A stretch of 39,781 bases of DNA from Candidatus Woesearchaeota archaeon (GTDB taxonomy: Archaea; Nanobdellota; Nanobdellia; Woesearchaeales; GW2011-AR4), in the NCBI GenBank assembly GCA_002686855.1, contig NYYQ01000064.1, positions 1 to 39,781 of the forward strand, given 5' to 3'. The position numbers and the translations under genes are program-made. Positions 34,330 to 39,781 of this stretch are shown one piece after another. Within the stretch, counting starts at the first letter, position 1, and each line of letters begins with the position of its first letter. The notes under the pieces are model-generated. The model had not been told where the DNA came from and did not search any database. It saw only the letters and a list, made by a program, of their open reading frames with translations.

Positions 34330-35214
34330 ATGTTTGTATCTATCTCTATGTTTCTTATTCGAAAAACCTATTTCTTTATAAAATTTGTTTATATATAACT
34401 TTTGAGTTAAATATATTTGTTTATTTTTTGATATATTTGAAATTGGATAATTCAATTTTAAAAAAGCCTTTCTCAAATCTTTTAGCAACTTAATATTATG
34501 ATTTTTAAAACTTAACTGATAATAATTCGGATAATGGGGTTTTAATGTATATATGCATCCATCAGTATCAATTAATCCCCTAATACATGATTTTAAGTAT
34601 TCTTCTTTTTTGAAAATCCATTTAGGAATGGTAACCTGGTTTGTGATTTTATTTCCAGATTTTAAACCCAAACTAATAAAGAATTTTACTAATTTTTTAC
34701 TATGGACTATAATAGATAAATCGTTACCTTTTCTTTTACTAATTTTAGTTCCGATACTAAATAATCTCATAAATAAACTTGATACATATTTTGTTAGGTA
34801 ATCGTACTCATATCTTTTATCTCCAGATATCCTTACCATATATGTACCAATCTTTTTACCTTTTTTGATATAATTGATATTCCCATCTCCTAAAATTATC
34901 CCTACTAGTTCCGCTAATTCTTTAGACTTCTTTGGTGTTTTAATTTCTTTTAAAGATCCACTAGAATTTAGTCCCCCTTTACTTTGACCCCACTTCTCTT
35001 TTCTAATTTTAACAATATGTTTTTCATATTCATTATTTTTATCTAATCTTTTGAAAATCTTAAAAGGTAATAAATTATTCTCCCTAGACCATTCAATGAT
35101 ACAACTTTCACTTACATTTAAAAATTCTGAAAAATCTTTCCATGTAAACTGAGCTTTATTCTTCACTTTATATATCAATTCTTTCTGTTTTCCATTTTTT
35201 AATTGAACTCTCAT
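34315..35214 (-). mobile_element. Free-standing double-motif LAGLIDADG homing endonuclease gene with an N-terminal HTH-like domain
   Basis: The two motifs are LVGIILGDGNI and IRGLIDTDGCI. The last 5 codons plus stop (CAT AGC CCC GTA GTG TAG) are the first 15 nt of tRNA-Gln. Confidence 0.8.
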
Positions 35215-35226
35215 AATAAATCACCT

Positions 35227-35257
35227 CTAAAGTTTTTTACTTTCTCAAAAACTTTAG
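35227..35257. promoter_or_regulatory. Perfect 11-bp inverted repeat CTAAAGTTTTT-N9-AAAAACTTTAG just upstream of the LAGLIDADG start
   Basis: Read directly. It lies 13 nt upstream of the ATG at 35214, adjacent to the SD (GAGGTGA). Confidence 0.6.
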
Positions 35258-35477
35258 AACACTAGAAAAAGAGAACAATTAGTAAAACTGCGTAATTGCT
35301 TTTTGTATCTTTTTTGACCGAAAAGCATAATTTGGCAGTTTTGTGTGTCCCCTTTTTCTCAATTTTAACAGAATAAGTCCTTTATATATCTCACGCGCAA
35401 ATGTCCAGTGCTATTGCCTTAAATTCACTCAAATCATCAAAAACTATTTATATATTGAAACTAAAAATAACCATAAT

Positions 35478-35852
35478 ATGGAAAAAACACCACTCTTACT
35501 GTTTATTCTCTTAATTATTCTTATTTCTGGTTGCAGCAACGAAAGCAATATCACAGGAGCAACCACAGCTTTGACATCTGTAGAACCAATTGAAGAAGAA
35601 ATTATTGATGAACCTATTGAAGAAGAAAAAGAAAACATAACTACAGTAAGATTGTGCCATGATACTGATAATGGTATAGTAAGATGGGTAAAAGGAAAAA
35701 TATTCGGGTTTTATGATAATGCAACAAGGTTTGAGTTCAATGATTACTGCCAGAATTTTAATTATTTATGGGAATTTTATTGTGAAGAAGAAAACCCAAA
35801 ACAACAAATATTTTTGTGTACGAATGGATGTGAAGACGATCATTGCCTATAA
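35478..35852 (+). CDS. Lipoprotein with a Cys-rich C-terminal domain
   Basis: MEKTPLLLFILLIILISGC contains a lipobox. The C-terminus is CHDTDNG...DYCQNFNYLWEFYCEEE...CTNGCEDDHC. The true ATG is at 35478, with a TATA-like TATTTATATAT upstream. Confidence 0.65.
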   Translation: MEKTPLLLFILLIILISGCSNESNITGATTALTSVEPIEEEIIDEPIEEEKENITTVRLCHDTDNGIVRWVKGKIFGFYDNATRFEFNDYCQNFNYLWEFYCEEENPKQQIFLCTNGCEDDHCL

Positions 35853-35920
35853 TCTTTTTTATTAATCCTATTTTAATTATTGGATTCTTTTTAATTGGAT
35901 ATTTTTTATTGAGTTTTTCT

Positions 35921-36676
35921 TTATTGATAAAGTTTTAAGCTCCCCTCTTCCATAAAATGCATCTTTCCAGGAACAATTAAACAATGCATCCCATTCTTAA
36001 AATTACATCTCAACAATTCATTAGCTTTTCCTACCTTAATAATCTGATCCAAACTTCCTAGCTTAACACACCCAACACATAAGGTATTATCAGTAAATAC
36101 TCTTTCTCCCCTTTTCATCTCAACCTTTAACAAGTATCTTATTGCATCATTTACACTTAAACTATTATTACTTCCTTCTTTCAAATCCAAAATAAACAAA
36201 GTATGCATATTATTCTGTTGATTTACCTTTAAAACATCATACGGAGTCTCAACATTTTCATTATCAATTGGAATGCTTGTAACCTTACCAAACTTATATA
36301 ATTGCAACCCAGTAATACCAACTGCTGTTAGAACAGAAGCATTATGCACAACCCCTGTTTTTATACCCATTTTCTTAGCCCTCAAATATAAATCCATATG
36401 TGTTGTAGCAGAAAAAACATCTCCAACAACCAAAAAAGCAACTTCTTTTGTTTTAGCATTCTCTAAAATTGTTTTCTCAGCATCCATCTCAACTAACTTC
36501 CTATCAGCCAAAACAATCTTTTTGCCATATAACTCTTCCAAATAGCTAATATTACAATTAATCTTAGAAGTATAGTTCTCTAAATAAACAACATCAGCTT
36601 TCTTAACTAATTCAAACCCTTTTACACTAATATCCTTCTCATCATTAAGGCCAATACCAATGAAATATAGAGTCAT
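35921..36676 (-). CDS. dphB: Diphthine synthase (Dph5/DphB)
   Basis: MTLYFIGIGLNDEKDISVKGFELVKKADVVYLENYTS...VAFLVVGDVFSATTH. The true ATG is at 36676. Confidence 0.88.
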   Translation of the reverse strand: MTLYFIGIGLNDEKDISVKGFELVKKADVVYLENYTSKINCNISYLEELYGKKIVLADRKLVEMDAEKTILENAKTKEVAFLVVGDVFSATTHMDLYLRAKKMGIKTGVVHNASVLTAVGITGLQLYKFGKVTSIPIDNENVETPYDVLKVNQQNNMHTLFILDLKEGSNNSLSVNDAIRYLLKVEMKRGERVFTDNTLCVGCVKLGSLDQIIKVGKANELLRCNFKNGMHCLIVPGKMHFMEEGSLKLYQ

Positions 36677-36750
36677 ATAACAAAGAAATAAAGCCATATT
36701 TATAATTTTAATCTAAAATCTACACCTTAAACATACCTAATCCGTTCCAT

Positions 36751-37005
36751 TCAGTCTCTATAACGATGGCCGAAAACAATTTTTTCAAGATATAGCTCTT
36801 TTTTATTTGAATTATAAGAAAAAATAACTCTAAGTTTCCCAATTCTTATTCTACATGACTCTTTTAGGTCATAATGCAAATGTTTATGCCTAGATGGATT
36901 TTCAGCAATTTCTCCAATTTTTATCTTGATTCTTTTTTGTAATTGTGAATCTACTTTTTTAAAGTCCTTAGAGAACTCTTTAGTTGGCAGAATTTTATAA
37001 GCCAT
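36751..37005 (-). CDS. relE: RelE/ParE-family type II toxin
   Basis: MAYKILPTKEFSKDFKKVDSQLQKRIKIKIGEIAENP...IRIGKLRVIFSYNSNKKELYLEKIVFGHR. Confidence 0.75.
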   Translation of the reverse strand: MAYKILPTKEFSKDFKKVDSQLQKRIKIKIGEIAENPSRHKHLHYDLKESCRIRIGKLRVIFSYNSNKKELYLEKIVFGHRYRD

Positions 37006-37174
37006 TCCAATCAGCAAAATCTCTTTTTTTAATTTGTTCCTTTGCTTCTTTATAAGATTCCATAAAATTTTTATCTGCCATTAATTCAAGAGATTCAACT
37101 ATACTATCAAATTCATCTTTAACCTTAACAAGGTCAAGAATTGCTTTCTTGTTAACAGATATTGTTTCGGCCAT
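36995..37174 (-). CDS. Cognate antitoxin (59 aa, below the ORF-track cutoff)
   Basis: MAETISVNKKAILDLVKVKDEFDSIVESLELMADKNFMESYKEAKEQIKKRDFADWNGL. It overlaps the toxin start by 11 nt. Confidence 0.65.
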   Translation of the reverse strand: MAETISVNKKAILDLVKVKDEFDSIVESLELMADKNFMESYKEAKEQIKKRDFADWNGL

Positions 37175-37208
37175 CTTAGTTATTATTAAGTTTTATTTTT
37201 ATATAAAT

Positions 37209-37328
37209 CTACCGATTTAGAGACTTCATTCCATTCCATGAGGCACAGCCGCAGCATGTTTGGTGTCCGCAAATGTTTTTGTGTTTCGCACCGCATAATG
37301 TCTGTAACAGCGTATTTTTCCTACTCAT
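37209..37328 (-). CDS. Candidate 39-aa Cys-rich ORF (MSRKNTLLQTLCGAKHKNICGHQTCCGCASWNGMKSLNR)
   Basis: It is an open frame in a locally G+C-richer patch, with a weak SD (AAGGT). There is no recognisable family. Confidence 0.3.
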   Translation of the reverse strand: MSRKNTLLQTLCGAKHKNICGHQTCCGCASWNGMKSLNR

Positions 37329-37450
37329 TTTACCTTAACAATCTCTTTTAATAAAACCACCCATAACAATATACTCAAACCTATATTTTACACTCTAGAA
37401 ATATTTAAATATTAAGTTGTTTCTTTAATATAAATAAAATAAAGATTAAG

Positions 37451-37584
37451 TTGAGTTTTTTTGGCGAAAAACTCAATAAAGCTGCTTTTTTTGGCGAAAA
37501 AGCGTTTTATTTGGTGTCTTTTTAACGTATAAACGATTTTTAGTACGCAAATTTATATAAAAAAGCTATTTGTTGGCGCAAATA
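37451..37584 (+). promoter_or_regulatory. Three hairpins/inverted repeats sharing the loop TTGGCG (37451-37476, 37484-37503, 37567-37584)
   Basis: TTGAGTTTTT-TTGGCG-AAAAACTCAA, GCTTTTT-TTGGCG-AAAAAGC and TATTTG-TTGGCG-CAAATA. A TATA-like TTTATATAA (37552-37560) sits just before the third hairpin. Confidence 0.6.
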
Positions 37585-37695
37585 ACTGATTTCTTAAAGT
37601 AGGGATATACATAGATCAAATATAAATATTTTGGTACTCTGATATTTATATTGCAAAGTATATTTCAAAAACCACAAGTAATTAGGGGTGAAAAA

Positions 37696-38775
37696 ATGGA
37701 TTTTTTGGTGGAAAATGCAATTAAAACTAGTGAGCAGAATAAAGAATTTGAAAGCTTGAATGTAGGTCAGGCAAACATAAAAGTTATTGGAATTGGAGGA
37801 GCTGGCAACAATATGGTTGGCTGGCTGTATAATAAAGGTATCAAAGGCGCTGAAATCCTAGCATGCAACACCGATCAGCAGCATTTGAATATAATTGATG
37901 CTGATAGGAAATTTTTGCTGGGAAAAGATGTTACACGTGGCTTAGGCTGTGGAGGTTTTCCGGAAAAAGGCGCAGAATCAGCTAAAGAAAGCCTACAGGA
38001 AGTAAAAGATTGCTTAAAATCATCAGATATGGTCTTTGTATGTGCAGGCATGGGCGGAGGCACAGGTACTGGTGCAGCCCCGGTAGTCGCAGAAGTTGCT
38101 AAAGGTACAGGAGCAATTGTTATTGGAACTGTAACCATGCCGTTTAAAATAGAACGTGCTAGAGTAGATAAAGCAGAGTTTGGCTTGCAGCAACTAAGAG
38201 ATGTTTCTGATACTGTCATTGTAATAGATAATAATAGGTTAGTAAATATTGCTGGCAACTTACCAATCCAGCAGGCATTTGCAGTAGCTAACGAGCTTAT
38301 ATCAACAATAATCAAAGGCATTGTAGAAACAATTGCAGTTCCAAGCTTGGTTAATTTGGATTATGCAGATGTCAAGGCTATAATGTCAAATGGCGGTGTA
38401 GCAGCTATTGGAGTTGGAGCAAGTGATACAACTAACAAAGTAGAAGAAGCAGTAAACGGCGCTTTACAAAACCCGCTTTTGGATATAAATTACAAGGGCG
38501 CAACTGGAGCCTTAATACATATTATTGGCGGTACAGATATGACTCTTGATGACATAAACAAAGCTGGTGAATTAGTTACTGACAGCCTAGACACAGATGC
38601 AAATGTAATCTGGGGCGCTAGAGTTTCAGATGACATGACTGGAAAGCTTACTGTAATGACTATAATTACAGGAGTAAAAAGTCCATGGATTTTAGGCAAA
38701 GAAAAACCATTAGAATCAAGCCCTGAAATTGCGCAAATAACTGAAGAACTTGGCATAGAAATAATTGACCAATAG
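37696..38775 (+). CDS. ftsZ: Cell division GTPase FtsZ
   Basis: IKVIGIGGAGNNMV and GMGGGTGTGAAPVVAEVAK (tubulin signature). SD AGGGGTGA precedes the ATG at 37696. Confidence 0.92.
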   Translation: MDFLVENAIKTSEQNKEFESLNVGQANIKVIGIGGAGNNMVGWLYNKGIKGAEILACNTDQQHLNIIDADRKFLLGKDVTRGLGCGGFPEKGAESAKESLQEVKDCLKSSDMVFVCAGMGGGTGTGAAPVVAEVAKGTGAIVIGTVTMPFKIERARVDKAEFGLQQLRDVSDTVIVIDNNRLVNIAGNLPIQQAFAVANELISTIIKGIVETIAVPSLVNLDYADVKAIMSNGGVAAIGVGASDTTNKVEEAVNGALQNPLLDINYKGATGALIHIIGGTDMTLDDINKAGELVTDSLDTDANVIWGARVSDDMTGKLTVMTIITGVKSPWILGKEKPLESSPEIAQITEELGIEIIDQ

Positions 38776-38806
38776 AGAGCATGATCACCCTTTAGTCTTT
38801 GTGGTG

Positions 38807-38832
38807 GCATCTCGCAAGAGATGTTTGTTTTT
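38807..38832 (+). terminator. Hairpin (GCATCTC-GCAA-GAGATGT) plus T-run after ftsZ
   Basis: A 6-7 bp stem with a GCAA loop is followed by TTTGTTTTT. Confidence 0.55.
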
Positions 38833-38887
38833 CTATGCCTTCATTACCGAAAAACCACCCCCAACGTTTTAAAGTGTGAAGGCATTT

Positions 38888-38916
38888 ATCCCCTTAACAG
38901 GGGATTTATTTTTTTT
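38888..38916 (+). terminator. Hairpin ATCCCC-TTAACA-GGGGAT followed by TTATTTTTTTT
   Basis: Read directly. It lies between the convergent ftsZ and nitroreductase genes. Confidence 0.5.
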
Positions 38917-38937
38917 AAAACTAAACTAGAAAAAGAA

Positions 38938-39603
38938 CTATTGTTTCTTCCTAAACTTTTCTTTAACCTTCTCCGTAACCTTTTTATGGACTTTCTTTGC
39001 TAACTTTTTTCCCTCATAAACAGCTTTCATATTGAAAGTGCTCCAATGACCAATATGTCTTTTTGGCAATTCTATACGTCCCCACCACTTCTCAAAGAAC
39101 ATCATGTGCTCTATCCTGTATTTTGGTGGTGCCGCTGGATTCTCGTCAGCATAACCTATTGTAATAACTCCTTGTACTGATGCTTCTTCTGGCAATCCTA
39201 AAATTCTCCATATTTCGTCTTCATCAAACGCGCCAATCCAACATGCTCCCAACCCCAAGCTATGTGCTGTTAACAGCATATTTTGTATTGCAGCAGCGCA
39301 TCCTTGTATAGTATAAAGCCTCGCTCCCCTAGCTCCATAGTGCCTTTCTGCTTTTTTTGGTTCAGCCAATACTACAATATGTACTGGCGCAATTTCCATC
39401 CATTCCTGTTCCAAGCATGCTTTTGTAATAGCTGCTCTTTTTACATCGGTCTTTACAACAATAAACTTCCAATTTTGTAAATTACCAGCAGAAGGAGCAT
39501 ATTTCCCAGCTTGCATTATAGTAACAATATTATCAAATGGCACCTGCTTATCCTTATATTTCCTTATGCTTCTCCTTGTTCTTATAGCTTCAAATACGTC
39601 CAT
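38938..39603 (-). CDS. Nitroreductase-family flavoprotein with a basic C-terminal extension
   Basis: AIRTRRSIRKYKDKQVPFDNI...AGKYAPSAGNLQNWKFIVV...QNMLLTAHSLGLGACWIGAFDEDE. Confidence 0.82.
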   Translation of the reverse strand: MDVFEAIRTRRSIRKYKDKQVPFDNIVTIMQAGKYAPSAGNLQNWKFIVVKTDVKRAAITKACLEQEWMEIAPVHIVVLAEPKKAERHYGARGARLYTIQGCAAAIQNMLLTAHSLGLGACWIGAFDEDEIWRILGLPEEASVQGVITIGYADENPAAPPKYRIEHMMFFEKWWGRIELPKRHIGHWSTFNMKAVYEGKKLAKKVHKKVTEKVKEKFRKKQ

Positions 39604-39644
39604 ACTCCCTTCTTGTAATTAATAATTAATAAATTTATTGTTTT

Positions 39645-39774
39645 ATATAGCAACTGTGCTAAATAATCGAATATATATTCGGAGTTGCTATATTCGAAAT
39701 GGCAAACTAAACCCACTTTAGTGGGTGACGGAAAATTTATAATTTTCCCATCATGTACGAAAATTTGCCATTTC
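39645..39774. repeat. Nested inverted repeats at the window end
   Basis: ATATAGCAACT (39645-39655) pairs with AGTTGCTATAT (39683-39693), enclosing the palindrome CGAATATATATTCG. GAAATGGCAAA (39696-39706) pairs with TTTGCCATTTC (39764-39774), enclosing the hairpins CCCAC-TTTA-GTGGG and GGAAAAT-TTATA-ATTTTCC. Confidence 0.65.
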
Positions 39775-39781
39775 CACTATA

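Noticed and set aside
38821-39003. 60-aa plus-strand ORF between ftsZ and the nitroreductase gene
   Set aside because: It spans two terminator-like hairpins and the 3' end of the convergent nitroreductase gene. It has no RBS and an implausible composition.

Overview
This is an AT-rich archaeal chromosome segment. It most likely comes from a small-genome DPANN-type archaeon; that is inferred from gene content and style, since no search was possible. The backbone is archaeal information-processing DNA. It includes the uL1-P0-P1 stalk cluster, a PIN/Rpo7/Spt4/eS24/eS31 cluster, RNase P RNA, Sec61beta, NAC and tRNA-His. It also includes a uS13-uS4-uS11-Rpo3-eL18-uL13-uS9-Rpo10-uS15 operon, SRP RNA, a presenilin-like protease, diphthine synthase and FtsZ. 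Several things embedded in this backbone stand out. (1) A complete bacterial-type MEP/DOXP isoprenoid operon (DUF2203-ispG-dxr-ispDF-ispE-ispH) overlaps the 3' end of rps15. (2) A mixed minus-strand operon carries a bacterial-type LeuRS, a bacterial pyruvoyl PanD, a decayed Rossmann (panE-like) stub, NAD kinase and ThiL. (3) A tRNA-Gln(UUG) is interrupted by two non-canonical insertions in the D-loop and T-loop. The stop codon of a free-standing LAGLIDADG endonuclease gene lies inside the tRNA's 5' end, and a DUF2156 (aa-tRNA-transferase-like) gene starts 11 nt after it. (4) A 673-aa protein with a pilin-like signal peptide is translationally coupled to a small Cys-rich secreted protein. (5) Five translation/transcription proteins carry Lys/Glu/Pro-rich tails, and P0 has apparently lost its factor-binding C-terminal peptide. 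(6) Unexplained noncoding structure is present: three hairpins with identical TTGGCG loops upstream of ftsZ, a tRNA T-arm copy in the rps13 leader, recurrent CAATAAAA/TTATTGA spacer modules, nested inverted repeats at the window end, and an 11-nt tandem repeat at the window start. No CRISPR array, rRNA or recognisable transposase was seen. All calls come from reading translations and sequence by eye, so family assignments need HMM/BLAST confirmation.
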